NCBI GenBank assembly: GCA_934351835.1
Contig: CAKRJP010000007.1
Coordinates: 1,268 to 65,267, forward strand
Length of the DNA: 64,000 nt
Source of the DNA: an uncultured Lachnospiraceae bacterium
GTDB lineage: Bacteria > Bacillota > Clostridia > Lachnospirales > Lachnospiraceae
Direction: 5' to 3'
Shown here: positions 18,358 to 28,443 of the stretch, in pieces
How the letters are laid out: the number at the start of each line of letters is the position of its first letter
How positions within the stretch are numbered: position 1 is the first letter of the stretch
The notes under the pieces: model-generated
The model's input: only the letters and a program-made list of their open reading frames with translations
What the model was told of the DNA's origin: nothing
Database searches by the model: none
Translations under genes and position numbers: made by a program

Positions 18358-20146
18358 GAGTGACACCTCCTATTGCGTGAGTCGGACAGATCTGACTGCA
18401 CAAACCGCAGCCGGTACATAAACTTTCATCGATAGAAACTTTTCCGTTTTCAATGATGATCGCCGGGCAGCCAATCTCACGGATACATTTTTTGCACTGG
18501 ATACATTGAGCATTGATGGAAACTTTTCCATATGGTTTGATCAGTGCGATACAAGGAGCTTTGAAAATGATTGCTTTCACACCTTTTTCAGCAGCGCATT
18601 CCTGAATAGCTGCGATGGAGGCCGCCTGATCGTAAGGATTTACGGTAAGGATTTTCTTTACGCCCATACCTTCCAATACTTTCTGGATATTGATTTTATC
18701 TACGATGTGTCCCATCATATTTTTGCCGGTACCAGGATGCGGCTGGTGCCCCGTCATTGCTGTGGTGGAATTATCCAGTACACAGAGAATAGTATCAGCT
18801 TCGTTATAAATGGCGTTGACTACGCCGGTCATGCCGGAGGCAAAGAACGTAGAATCTCCGATAAAGGAAAAACTGACGGCATTCGGATCTGTCCAGTGAA
18901 GCCCTTGTGCCATGGTAACACCGGCGCCCATGCACAGACAGGTGTCGACCATATCTAATGGCATTGCGTTCCCGAGGGTATAGCATCCGATATCTCCGCA
19001 GAAGTAAGCGGTGCGTCCTTTCATGGCCTGCTTTACCGCATAAAATGCTGCGCGATGTGGACATCCGGCGCAAAGAACCGGCGGACGTACCGGAAGTTCA
19101 GGTATTTCGGAAATATCCATAGAATCTTGTTCTGGCGTCTCTCCAAGGAATTTCTGGATAGCGGCTTTGGTCCAGTCGGCGTTATTTTCTCCGGCTAATT
19201 TGCCATGTCCGGTTTTCTTTCCAAGAACCTGGATATTCAGATGCTTTTCTCCCGCAAGCTGTAACAGGCGTGTCTCCAGGTACGGACTTAATTCTTCGAT
19301 ACAAAGCACTTCATCTACGCCTTTTAGTGCTTCCAGAATAAATTCTTCCGGGAATGGATAAGGTGTCGCAATACGACAGACTTTGATATCTTCCCGGTCC
19401 TGTAAGTATTCTTTGACATAAGAATAACTGATGCCTCCGGTGAGGATGGCTTTGGTGCCATGACCTGTAACAGTATTCTTCTTATATGTAGAAAAATCTT
19501 TTCCAATCTGAGGATTTCGTTTTTCGATCATCTCGTGATTCATGAAAGACAAACGTGGGAAGATGACCCAGCGGTTAGAGTTTTTCTTGAATCCGTTATA
19601 TTCTTTCGGTTTAAAATTTTCATCAAATTCAATGGATGCATAGGCATGACAGACTCTGGTGGTTGGACGAAAAAGTACCGGTGTGTGATATTTCTCAGAG
19701 TAGTCGAAAGCATCCTGGATCATCTGGTAGGCATCCTCCGGAGAAGACGGATCAAATATCGGAATTCTGCAATATTCTGCAAACATGCGGGTATCCTGCT
19801 CGGTTTGTGAGGAAATCGGTCCCGGATCATCTGCGGAAACAATGACCATACCACCCTCTACACCAACGTAGGCGAGTGACATTAAAGGATCAGAAGCAAC
19901 ATTGAGTCCGACTTGCTTCATGGTTACTAAAGTGCGGGCGCCTGAATATGCGGCACCTGCGGCAACTTCCATAGCTGCTTTTTCATTCACGGACCATTCC
20001 AAATGTGTTTTTCCCTGATGATATTTGGCAATGGTTTCTATAATTTCAGAAGATGGGGTTCCAGGGTAGCCGGAGACGACATTTACATCTGCAGCAAGTG
20101 CTCCGAGGGCAATCGCTCCATTCCCCATAATATATTCTTTTCTCAT
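18350..20146 (-). CDS. iorA: Indolepyruvate ferredoxin oxidoreductase subunit alpha
   Basis: A TPP-enzyme core is followed by two C-terminal 4Fe-4S motifs (CIQCKKCIREIGCP, CTGCGLCSQICP). I set the start at ATG 20146 (MRKEYIMGNG, RBS aggaaagga). The 70 upstream codons of the tracked ORF look non-coding. Confidence 0.9.
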   Translation of the reverse strand: MRKEYIMGNGAIALGALAADVNVVSGYPGTPSSEIIETIAKYHQGKTHLEWSVNEKAAMEVAAGAAYSGARTLVTMKQVGLNVASDPLMSLAYVGVEGGMVIVSADDPGPISSQTEQDTRMFAEYCRIPIFDPSSPEDAYQMIQDAFDYSEKYHTPVLFRPTTRVCHAYASIEFDENFKPKEYNGFKKNSNRWVIFPRLSFMNHEMIEKRNPQIGKDFSTYKKNTVTGHGTKAILTGGISYSYVKEYLQDREDIKVCRIATPYPFPEEFILEALKGVDEVLCIEELSPYLETRLLQLAGEKHLNIQVLGKKTGHGKLAGENNADWTKAAIQKFLGETPEQDSMDISEIPELPVRPPVLCAGCPHRAAFYAVKQAMKGRTAYFCGDIGCYTLGNAMPLDMVDTCLCMGAGVTMAQGLHWTDPNAVSFSFIGDSTFFASGMTGVVNAIYNEADTILCVLDNSTTAMTGHQPHPGTGKNMMGHIVDKINIQKVLEGMGVKKILTVNPYDQAASIAAIQECAAEKGVKAIIFKAPCIALIKPYGKVSINAQCIQCKKCIREIGCPAIIIENGKVSIDESLCTGCGLCSQICPTHAIGGVTHE

Positions 20147-20324
20147 AGAGGTCCTTTCCTGCTTGGATAAGCATGTATTTTTTCTGTATTTACTATTGTA
20201 CCAATTTACAGCATTAAAGACCAGACCGAAAAGGCAGTATTTAGACTTTTTTTCGTATCCGAAAAATGATACAATATTTTTTAAAGGTGAAAGAAAAATC
20301 ACAAGAGAAAAAGAGGTTTTGAAG

Positions 20325-21419
20325 ATGAATATTAATAAAGTAAATGACGTATACAAAGAGATTGCCTGGCTGACACAGGAGCAGAAGAATGCCGATCAGA
20401 GAAATATGCAGATTGAGGAGTGCATCATGCAGCGTCCGGCTGTTCCGTTTGACAATGATCAGCTTAACAATGCATCCAGAGGGATTGCAAAGATTCTCGG
20501 AGCTGCACCGCTTGAGATCATGGCACTGGCGACTCTCAGTTCTATGATGGGGTTGAGTCGAGATGAGAACTCTCAGTTTATTTCGGATCTGGTTCCTTAT
20601 ACACTGGAGTATAAAGCAAAAGAAGTGAAGGAGAATCCTTACTATAAGAACATTAAGTTTCCGACGACAGAGATCGGACGTTTTAAAGCGGTCGATATGG
20701 AGATGAGAAAAGGCGAGATCTTCCTGGATCAGGAACCGGTAGCAAGAGGTTATCACAGAACGGATTGCATTGGTGTATTTGATGATGGGTTTGCTTATCC
20801 ATGTATCTTTGAGGGAGATATGTGCTGGATGAGCATTACTCCGAATGAGATCATTACGATGGAAGAGGATGTCGATAAGGCTACGGGAGATGTGCTCACT
20901 ATTGGTCTGGGTCTGGGATATTATGCGTACATGGTACATCTGAAAGATGATGTGAAGTCTGTGACGATTGTTGAGCGCCAGCCGGAAGTGATCGAGATTT
21001 TTGAGAAATATATTCTGCCACAGTTTGAGCATCCGGAGAAGATCCATATTGTGAATGAAGATGCGTTTGAGTATCTTGAGCAACTGGAAGATGGCAGGTT
21101 TGATTATTGTTTCTGTGATATCTGGCAGAATCCGACGGATGGCATGGAAGATTATCTGCATATTAAGAAATTAGGTAACCGTTTCGAGAAGACTACATTT
21201 TCATACTGGATCGAGGAGAGCTTCTTAGGACTGCTACAGACCGGTATGACGAAGGTATTCCAGGTGGAGTGGCTGGATGCAGAGGATGATGATCTGCAGG
21301 AGTTTATTGAATACAGAACAATGAAAGAACTGTTAAAAGATGTAGATGTGGAGTGCGGTATGGATGTAAGAAAGATGTTCACGAGCCAGTATCTGCTGGA
21401 GACTTTGAAGAAACTGTAG
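20325..21419 (+). CDS. Spermidine-synthase-like / class I SAM-methyltransferase-fold protein
   Basis: GDVLTIGLGLGYYA (Gly-rich motif I), VTIVERQPEV and CFCDIW fit the spermidine-synthase-like fold. I use ATG 20325 (MNINKV). Confidence 0.6.
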   Translation: MNINKVNDVYKEIAWLTQEQKNADQRNMQIEECIMQRPAVPFDNDQLNNASRGIAKILGAAPLEIMALATLSSMMGLSRDENSQFISDLVPYTLEYKAKEVKENPYYKNIKFPTTEIGRFKAVDMEMRKGEIFLDQEPVARGYHRTDCIGVFDDGFAYPCIFEGDMCWMSITPNEIITMEEDVDKATGDVLTIGLGLGYYAYMVHLKDDVKSVTIVERQPEVIEIFEKYILPQFEHPEKIHIVNEDAFEYLEQLEDGRFDYCFCDIWQNPTDGMEDYLHIKKLGNRFEKTTFSYWIEESFLGLLQTGMTKVFQVEWLDAEDDDLQEFIEYRTMKELLKDVDVECGMDVRKMFTSQYLLETLKKL

Positions 21420-21431
21420 AAGGAGTAAGGT

Positions 21432-21656
21432 ATGTTCGAGATTGAGGATAATACTTATAATGAGATCCGTGAAAAATCTGTAAGGCAGTGGCTGGAGGAG
21501 ATGTCTGAACATGAAGATGTGGCGGTCCGTTGCGGTGTGAAGGTGACGTTGGAATATCTGGAGCATTTAAAGGACGAGATCCGGGAATTAAAAGAAAGCA
21601 ACGAGTTGAAGAAGACGTATCTGAAGAAACTGAAGGAAAAGCAGAGACAGAATTGA
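21432..21656 (+). CDS. Hypothetical small protein
   Basis: 74-aa charged helical protein, tightly spaced between flanking genes. No family recognised. Confidence 0.45.
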   Translation: MFEIEDNTYNEIREKSVRQWLEEMSEHEDVAVRCGVKVTLEYLEHLKDEIRELKESNELKKTYLKKLKEKQRQN

Positions 21657-21683
21657 CAGGTAGTTTATTGCGGGGTGTGACGT

Positions 21684-22193
21684 ATGAATTATGGTGAGAT
21701 TAAAAAATATGATATCGCAGATGGTCCGGGAGTGCGTGTGAGCTTGTTTGTATCTGGATGCAGACATCACTGTAAGGGCTGTTTCAATGAGGAGACCTGG
21801 GCGTTTGATTTTGGAAACCCTTATACGAAAGAGACGGAAGCTGAGATTCTGAAGGCACTGGATCATAATTATATTGCAGGATTTACGCTTCTTGGCGGGG
21901 AACCGTTTGAGCCGGAGAACCAGCCGGTGCTGGTGGAACTTCTGCGTACAATAAAAGCACGTTATCCGGAGAAAAATATCTGGTCGTACACGGGATTTAT
22001 ATATGAGAAAGATCTGTTGGAAGGTGGAAGAGCGCATACGGAAGTAACCGATGAGATGCTTTCTTATATTGATACGCTGGTGGATGGACCATTTATAGAA
22101 GATCTGAAGGATATTACACTGCAGTTTCGTGGCAGCAGTAATCAGAGGCTGTTGGGAAGAGAAGAACGGATGGCTCTGCAACAGGAAGGATAG
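21684..22193 (+). CDS. nrdG: Anaerobic ribonucleotide reductase activating protein (radical SAM)
   Basis: 169 aa with the N-terminus DIADGPGVRVSLFVSGCRHHCKGCFN (CxxxCxxC). Confidence 0.9.
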   Translation: MNYGEIKKYDIADGPGVRVSLFVSGCRHHCKGCFNEETWAFDFGNPYTKETEAEILKALDHNYIAGFTLLGGEPFEPENQPVLVELLRTIKARYPEKNIWSYTGFIYEKDLLEGGRAHTEVTDEMLSYIDTLVDGPFIEDLKDITLQFRGSSNQRLLGREERMALQQEG

Positions 22194-22196
22194 TAA

Positions 22197-23744
22197 ATGA
22201 AAAAGTTTATTTGCAAATATAAAAAGAGTATTGTGGCGGCAAATTTGTTTGGTTTTCTTTGTTTTGGATTTATGCTGACACATTTTTCTCTGACCATTGA
22301 TGAAGAGTCATGGATACTGGCATCTAAGAATCTGACGATGTGGCTGTATCAGGGACGATATTCGATCTGGCTGCTGGAACTTTTATTTACGCATGGTGGG
22401 GATTATGCTCCTTTCTTATGGGATTTCCTGGGTATTCTTTTCTGGAATTTTTCAGGAGTTATATTTTCTTATACATTGTTTGAGAAGAAAGAACTCGATG
22501 GGAAACTCCTGTTTGTGATGCTGGCATATTATGGTTCGATACCTTTGGTATTGGCAGATGTACTTTCATTTACTATGTATTCTGTATGGATCGGTCTTGC
22601 GGTTATTGCAGTGTCAGTGGCATTTTTACTGACAATCCGGTATGTAGAAGATGCGGATAAGAAAAAAATATTTTTCATTTATTTACTTCTGGTATATGCG
22701 TTTGGAACTTATCAGGCATTTATCTGTGTCTATGTGACTGCGATCGTAGCAGCCTGTGCAGTGATTTTTCTGGATGTGCCGGCTGGTACTTCTGGAAATC
22801 TGGTAAGCAGCCTGACTGATGGCCGAAAGAATCTGGTGCGGACGATTATCACCGGCGCAGCGGAATGTATTGTGGCGATTTTTTCTTACTGGCTGATTAA
22901 TTTCCTGGTGGGGATACTGATCGGAAAAGAGGCCTATCTTGAAAATTATATCGGATGGAAGGAAGCGGACCCATTCAGGCAGTTTGTTCTTTCACTGGCA
23001 AATATACCGAGAACGTCTCTGGGAATCGGAGTGCCGGGAGCAGTATCTGTCTGTGTGATCACGGTACTGTTTGCGATTTTTGCAATCCGCAGATTTTTTA
23101 AGGCTAAAGGATGGAAAGAAAAGCTGGGAGTATTTTTCTTTACCGTTGTGTTGTGTGCGGCACCGTATAGTCTTTATATAGCGATGGCTTCCCACAATAC
23201 CCAGGGAAGGATGTTACTTGGGATTCCGTTGGTAGTGAGTGTACAGGTATATTTCTTATATAAAGAATGCAATAAGCAATGGATAAAGCGGGTACTGGCA
23301 GTGATCGTAATCTGGACATTATTTATTAATGCCAGAGATATGAATCAATATTTTTATTATAGTAGTATTATGTATGATAAAGATTGTGGCGTTGCTGCCC
23401 AGATTATGTATGATGTGCAAAAGACAGGAGCAGACTATCATATAAAGCCGATTGCGTTTATCGGAATGTTGGAAGCCGATGAATTAAATATTAAGCAGGT
23501 AGGGGTTCTGGGAGCTTCGTTCTTTTCCTGGGATGATGGAAATAATTCAAGGATTAGAGATTTTCTGGAGACGAGAGGATACGTGGTGCAGCAGCCGACG
23601 GCGGAACAGTTTGTGGAAGCCCTGGAGGAATCTGAGACGATGAGTACCTGGCCACAGGAGGGCAGTGTGGTAGAGTTGGATGACGTGATCGTGGTGTATC
23701 TGTCAAAACCGACGGATACCTGGCATATGACAAATGGGATTTAA
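22197..23744 (+). CDS. Polytopic membrane protein, possibly a GT-C type glycosyltransferase
   Basis: 515 aa with about 10 hydrophobic helices followed by a soluble C-terminal domain. The family assignment is uncertain. Confidence 0.6.
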   Translation: MKKFICKYKKSIVAANLFGFLCFGFMLTHFSLTIDEESWILASKNLTMWLYQGRYSIWLLELLFTHGGDYAPFLWDFLGILFWNFSGVIFSYTLFEKKELDGKLLFVMLAYYGSIPLVLADVLSFTMYSVWIGLAVIAVSVAFLLTIRYVEDADKKKIFFIYLLLVYAFGTYQAFICVYVTAIVAACAVIFLDVPAGTSGNLVSSLTDGRKNLVRTIITGAAECIVAIFSYWLINFLVGILIGKEAYLENYIGWKEADPFRQFVLSLANIPRTSLGIGVPGAVSVCVITVLFAIFAIRRFFKAKGWKEKLGVFFFTVVLCAAPYSLYIAMASHNTQGRMLLGIPLVVSVQVYFLYKECNKQWIKRVLAVIVIWTLFINARDMNQYFYYSSIMYDKDCGVAAQIMYDVQKTGADYHIKPIAFIGMLEADELNIKQVGVLGASFFSWDDGNNSRIRDFLETRGYVVQQPTAEQFVEALEESETMSTWPQEGSVVELDDVIVVYLSKPTDTWHMTNGI

Positions 23745-23761
23745 AGAAAGAAGGGATCTTG

Positions 23762-24925
23762 ATGCGTGCATTTTGGATTGTATTAGACAGTGCCGGAATC
23801 GGAAAAGCACCGGATGCAGCTCGGTTTGGGGATGAAGGGAGTAACACCTGGAAGACCTGTTATGATTCGGGAAAATTAAATATCCCGAATATGGAGAAAC
23901 TGGGGATTTATTGTATCAATGAGATGGATTATGGTGACAGACCCGGGGATGTGATTGGATGCTATGGACGACTGCATGAAAAATCTCAGGGAAAAGATAC
24001 TACCATCGGACATTGGGAGATGGCGGGGGTTGTATCGCCGAAACCATTTCCGGTATATCCGGACGGTTTTCCGAAAGAGGTGCTGGAAGAATTTACGAAG
24101 AAGACCGGAAGAAAGGTCTTATGTAATAAGCCATATTCCGGAACAGAAGTCATCCATGATTATGGTCAGGAGCATGTAAAGACGGGAGATCTGATTGTGT
24201 ACACTTCTGCGGACAGTGTATTTCAGATTGCAGCTCATGAGGATGTGGTTCCGGTAGAGCAGTTATATGAGTACTGTAAGATTGCAAGAGAGATCCTGAT
24301 GGGAGACCATGCGGTTGCGAGAGTGATTGCGAGACCGTTTATCGGAGAATATCCAAATTATACAAGAACGGACCGCAGACATGATTTTTCATTGGTACCG
24401 CCACGTCCGACGATTCTGGATCAGTTAAAAGCTGCCGGAAAAGATGTGATCGGAGTGGGCAAAATTTACGATATCTTTGCAGGACAGGGACTGACAGAGA
24501 CAACGCCGAACCATGGAAATGACAAGAACATGGAGAAAGTCTTTGAATTACAGAAGAAACATTTTGATGGACTGTGTTATATCAATCTGGTAGATTTTGA
24601 TATGATCTACGGACATCGTAGAAATATTCCGGGCTATACAGAGGCATTGAATAAATTTGACAAAGATCTTGAGAAATTTATCGAGGGAATGTCAGCGGAG
24701 GATGTACTGTTTATCACGGCAGATCATGGCTGTGACCCGGGATATAAGGGAACTGACCACACCAGAGAATCCGTACCGCTTCTGTGCTATGGTGCACCTT
24801 TGAAAGAAGGAGTGAACATTGGAACAAGAGACAGCTATGCAGATATTGCGGCTACGATCGCAGATTTGTTCCGGATTTCTTATGAAGGTGACGGAGTAAG
24901 TTTTGCAGACGAGATTTTAAAATAA
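23762..24925 (+). CDS. deoB: Phosphopentomutase
   Basis: Blocks MRAFWIVLDSAGIG, TTIGHWEM and ITADHGCDP are typical of DeoB. Confidence 0.9.
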   Translation: MRAFWIVLDSAGIGKAPDAARFGDEGSNTWKTCYDSGKLNIPNMEKLGIYCINEMDYGDRPGDVIGCYGRLHEKSQGKDTTIGHWEMAGVVSPKPFPVYPDGFPKEVLEEFTKKTGRKVLCNKPYSGTEVIHDYGQEHVKTGDLIVYTSADSVFQIAAHEDVVPVEQLYEYCKIAREILMGDHAVARVIARPFIGEYPNYTRTDRRHDFSLVPPRPTILDQLKAAGKDVIGVGKIYDIFAGQGLTETTPNHGNDKNMEKVFELQKKHFDGLCYINLVDFDMIYGHRRNIPGYTEALNKFDKDLEKFIEGMSAEDVLFITADHGCDPGYKGTDHTRESVPLLCYGAPLKEGVNIGTRDSYADIAATIADLFRISYEGDGVSFADEILK

Positions 24926-24970
24926 GGAGTTGGGGTAAAAGCCCAAGTTATGCTATCTAAATATGCATAG

Positions 24971-25022
24971 AAAAATACCGCTACATCGGAAGGTATGTAA
25001 CCTTGATGTGGCGGTATTTTTT
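24971..25022. terminator. Bidirectional terminator between convergent deoB and the permease gene
   Basis: Arms aaaaataccgctacatc and gatgtggcggtatttttt, with an A-run on the left and a T-run on the right. Confidence 0.75.
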
Positions 25023-25045
25023 ATGCAACAGTACTTGGTGAGGTT

Positions 25046-26401
25046 TTAGAAATATCTCACAAAAATACTGATCATAGAGATCATAACGACGATCAGCGTA
25101 GCCGGTACGGAATATTTGCAGTAAGTTCCCCAGCTGATTGGGTGGCCTTCTTTTGCGGCAATAGATGTTCCGACAACGTTTGCGGAAGCACCGATTGGTG
25201 TTGCGCTTCCACCGATATCAGTACCCATGGCCAGTGTCCATGCCAGAACAGAAAGATCTGCACCGGTGGTAGCTGCCAGAGATTTGATAACAGGGATCAT
25301 CGTGGCTGCAAATGGAATATTGTCAACAAATGCACTGGCAATTGCAGATACCCAGATGATAATAGCAACCATCACTTTCATATTTCCACCGCTGACTTTG
25401 CCGATAAATCCGGCGATCACTTCCAGGATACCAGTCTGTTCCAGTCCCCCAACGACTAAGAATAAACCGATGAAGAATAAAATCGTTTTGTAATCAACAC
25501 CTTTTAATATGTTGAGAAACTCTTTCCCTGAAGTGATGAGTGTGATCAGCGCAATGAATACACCAATCAGTGCAACTGTCAGACCGGTCTGTGCATGGGT
25601 GATCAGAAGAACGACTGCACAGAGGAAGATCACACAGCTAATTGCAAACGCCTTTTTGTCTGTGATAGCAGCTGTAGGTGATGCCTCTTCGGTATTTATG
25701 TTGGCAGTGCCGGAAGACACACTCAGTTCTTTCTTAAAGCATAAGTAGAAATAGAGCATGATCACAACTAATGAGATTGCTGCAATCACACCAGTATTTG
25801 TGATGAAATCTGTAAATGTATAATGTAAAGAAGTTCCAATGATGATATTCGGAGGATCTCCGCACATAGTAGCAGAACCACCAAGGTTAGCGCAGAATAT
25901 TTCCGACAGGATCAAAGGCACCGGATTAAACTTCAGCAACGATGCAAGTTCTGCAGTGACGGCCGCTAAGAATAAAATAACGGTGATGCTGTCGATAAAC
26001 ATAGCCAGTATAAAGGACATCGCCATAAACGTCATAAAAATAGGAATAACCTGATAATGGACGATCTTTGCAATGGTCATACATAACCAGCGGAAGAAAC
26101 CGGCTTTTGCCATTCCTTCTACCATGATCATCATACCGAGCAGGAAAAGGATTGTTGCCCAGTTGACTCCGGAAGCACTTTCAGTGACAGTTCCGGCTTC
26201 ATACCAGAAATCCGGAGTAAAGATTTGCCTGATATTGATTGTCTCCATAAATGCTTTCGTACTCTGCATAGCAACTCCAAATACGAGTACGAGTGTAGCA
26301 GCACCACAGGAGAGGGTGACCAGATGACGTTCGAATTTCTCAGAAATGATCAGTGCGAACATCACGATGAAGATGGCAAGTGCCAAAATTTTTGCTATCA
26401 T
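25046..26401 (-). CDS. ArsB/NhaD (SLC13-like) superfamily permease
   Basis: 451-aa protein that is hydrophobic throughout. It shows an internal repeat architecture and GGSAT(M/P) motifs in both halves. Confidence 0.75.
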   Translation of the reverse strand: MIAKILALAIFIVMFALIISEKFERHLVTLSCGAATLVLVFGVAMQSTKAFMETINIRQIFTPDFWYEAGTVTESASGVNWATILFLLGMMIMVEGMAKAGFFRWLCMTIAKIVHYQVIPIFMTFMAMSFILAMFIDSITVILFLAAVTAELASLLKFNPVPLILSEIFCANLGGSATMCGDPPNIIIGTSLHYTFTDFITNTGVIAAISLVVIMLYFYLCFKKELSVSSGTANINTEEASPTAAITDKKAFAISCVIFLCAVVLLITHAQTGLTVALIGVFIALITLITSGKEFLNILKGVDYKTILFFIGLFLVVGGLEQTGILEVIAGFIGKVSGGNMKVMVAIIIWVSAIASAFVDNIPFAATMIPVIKSLAATTGADLSVLAWTLAMGTDIGGSATPIGASANVVGTSIAAKEGHPISWGTYCKYSVPATLIVVMISMISIFVRYF

Positions 26402-26626
26402 AAGTTCCCTCCATAACTAATAACATACTGTATGATTGGACAAAAAAAGGACGATAAATAAACCCTTACCCGTCAGACTTGGATAAGCGACATTTATAGT
26501 CCATAATCTCTCCAAAAACATCTTATAAATACTTTTCAAGAATATCATGCACGCTAAGAAAATGTCAAGAAAAATGGAGAATATTTGGTGGAAAAAGGAG
26601 AAAAAATTGTATATATAGTACATAAA

Positions 26627-27088
26627 TTAGCTTTTGCGTTCAAAAAGGCCAAACAGATTACGCACAAATGGTCCGGCGAAAAATGTCTGCCAGCAGAGTG
26701 CCATCGGGAAATTCAGTGCTAATTTCTGGATCCAGACAGCAATGATCTGTGAACCTGGATGAGCGAATAAGATAGTAGCGATCATACTCATGGTAGGACA
26801 CATCAGACATACGATCATGGTAGAGATACCGAGAGTGATAAATAACGGGTTGTCTCTTTCAGGATTTACAAAACGGAAAGCAAGTTTGATTGCCAGTTTC
26901 TCAAAGACAAACATCTCTAAGATGATTGCGATTGGCCACATGATCGGAATCTCGTGGAAAGCGATGAGGAAAATCTCATTACTCATACCACCTTTGTCAA
27001 TTGCAATGTTATAACATACCATGGCATATACCATAATAAAAGCCATGATACATGTGAAAATAAATGTTTGGAATTTTGTTCTTTGCAT
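26627..27088 (-). CDS. DUF2798-like small membrane protein
   Basis: Start at ATG 27088 (MQRTKFQTFIF) after aggaga. The protein has four hydrophobic helices. Confidence 0.6.
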   Translation of the reverse strand: MQRTKFQTFIFTCIMAFIMVYAMVCYNIAIDKGGMSNEIFLIAFHEIPIMWPIAIILEMFVFEKLAIKLAFRFVNPERDNPLFITLGISTMIVCLMCPTMSMIATILFAHPGSQIIAVWIQKLALNFPMALCWQTFFAGPFVRNLFGLFERKS

Positions 27089-27270
27089 AATAAATCTCCT
27101 TTTAATACTTAAAAATGGGCATAAAAAATACATGAGTGTTGTTCGTTAGTCATGCGGCAATGAGCAATACACATGTGTCGTTTCCAATAAGTACCTGTTG
27201 ATTTTTATGCAGTTACGGTTAAATATTCTAACATAAGAATTTAGAGGATGCAAGAAAAATATTCAGAGCC

Positions 27271-27299
27271 TTGACAAATCATTAGACGCACAGTATAAT
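27271..27299 (+). promoter_or_regulatory. Consensus sigma-A promoter (TTGACA-17-TATAAT)
   Basis: ttgaca at 27271-27276 and tataat at 27294-27299. It is about 55 nt upstream of ATG 27355. Confidence 0.7.
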
Positions 27300-27354
27300 C
27301 CATAAACATACAAAACATATAAAAATAATAGGAAAATAAAAGGGAGGAATTCTT

Positions 27355-28269
27355 ATGGGATATACAGGAGAAGAGCTGGAAAGATTTTGTACATATTTTG
27401 AGGTACCGGTTCAGTTCATTACTTATGTGGAACGTTTCTTTTCGAAAGAGGAGCTTGATTTTGCGCTGAAACAAGGCACGGAAGAATTTACGGAAAAAGA
27501 CTGTGGAGAGGAGTTTGTCTGTCAGGAGTATCATAAGGGATTCATTTCCAAGGTAGATGAGACCTCCGGCAAATATAAATTAAATAATTTCTATGGAATG
27601 CTGGATGTTTTTGCAGTGTCCAGAAAAGCAGAGTTTGACGAGAAGTTTTCCAAAGAAGAGCGGGTACTCATGGACGAATGGTATTTTAATGAATATTTCG
27701 AATGGCTGAAATCTGTGGAAAGTGAGGAACCGACGCAGGACAAAGTATTACCGCTGGAAGAGATGCTTCAGTTTATTGATGACCAGAAGGATCGCCCGGT
27801 TTATTTAAATAACTGTGACTGTAAGAGTCTGACCGGTGATTGTGGTCTGCCGGTAAGAACCTGCATTACATATAAGGATGGAATCAATACATTTGCAGAT
27901 CGAGGATTATCTGAGCGAATCGATGCGGAACGCGCAAAGGAGATCATCCGGGAGACAGACAAGGCGGGACTTATGCACACCTGCAATCCAAATGGAATCT
28001 GCAACTGCTGTGATGACTGCTGTTATCTGTTCCGTGGACAGAAACTTCTGGATTCTTATGCAGTGTGGCCGCTCACCGATTATATCGTTTCCTTTGATGA
28101 GGATAAATGTGTGGGTTGCGGACTGTGTGTGAAACGCTGCCGCATGAAGGTATTTGAGAAAGACGGAAGAAAGATTACGGCGGATACGGCTCACTGTGCA
28201 GGCTGTGGATTATGTGTCAATACCTGTCCGAAGAAAGCGTTGACGCTGGTTTCCAGAAAGACTAATTAA
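27355..28269 (+). CDS. 4Fe-4S dicluster domain protein
   Basis: 304 aa. The C-terminus has CVGCGLCVKRC and CAGCGLCVNTCP, and CNCCDDCC lies upstream. Confidence 0.7.
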   Translation: MGYTGEELERFCTYFEVPVQFITYVERFFSKEELDFALKQGTEEFTEKDCGEEFVCQEYHKGFISKVDETSGKYKLNNFYGMLDVFAVSRKAEFDEKFSKEERVLMDEWYFNEYFEWLKSVESEEPTQDKVLPLEEMLQFIDDQKDRPVYLNNCDCKSLTGDCGLPVRTCITYKDGINTFADRGLSERIDAERAKEIIRETDKAGLMHTCNPNGICNCCDDCCYLFRGQKLLDSYAVWPLTDYIVSFDEDKCVGCGLCVKRCRMKVFEKDGRKITADTAHCAGCGLCVNTCPKKALTLVSRKTN

Positions 28270-28354
28270 GAAGAACGATAGAAAGAAAAAGAGTTATAAA
28301 ATAAATTTATAACTGACTATAGTTTTTTGCGATATAGCAATAACAGTATTTCTA

Positions 28355-28383
28355 TTGACTTTAATCTCGTAGTAGATTATAAA
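28355..28383 (+). promoter_or_regulatory. sigma-A promoter (TTGACT-17-TATAAA)
   Basis: ttgact at 28355-28360 and tataaa at 28378-28383, upstream of the ABC operon. Confidence 0.55.
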
Positions 28384-28443
28384 TATAAACATCAACCATA
28401 CAAAACATACCTGTTAAGTATGAAAAGGAAAGGGAGTTTGATA

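Noticed and set aside
20147-20356. The 70-codon N-terminal extension of the iorA ORF
   Set aside because: The extension is hydrophobic, AT-rich nonsense (MYTSFTLLIFIFK...) with no RBS. ATG 20146, preceded by aggaaagga, gives the canonical IorA N-terminus.
20241-22283. Long antisense ORFs 20241..21161 (306 aa) and 21588..22283 (231 aa)
   Set aside because: They run opposite to motif-supported genes (the SAM-MTase-like gene and nrdG). They have skewed, Ile/Leu/Arg-rich composition and no recognisable motifs.
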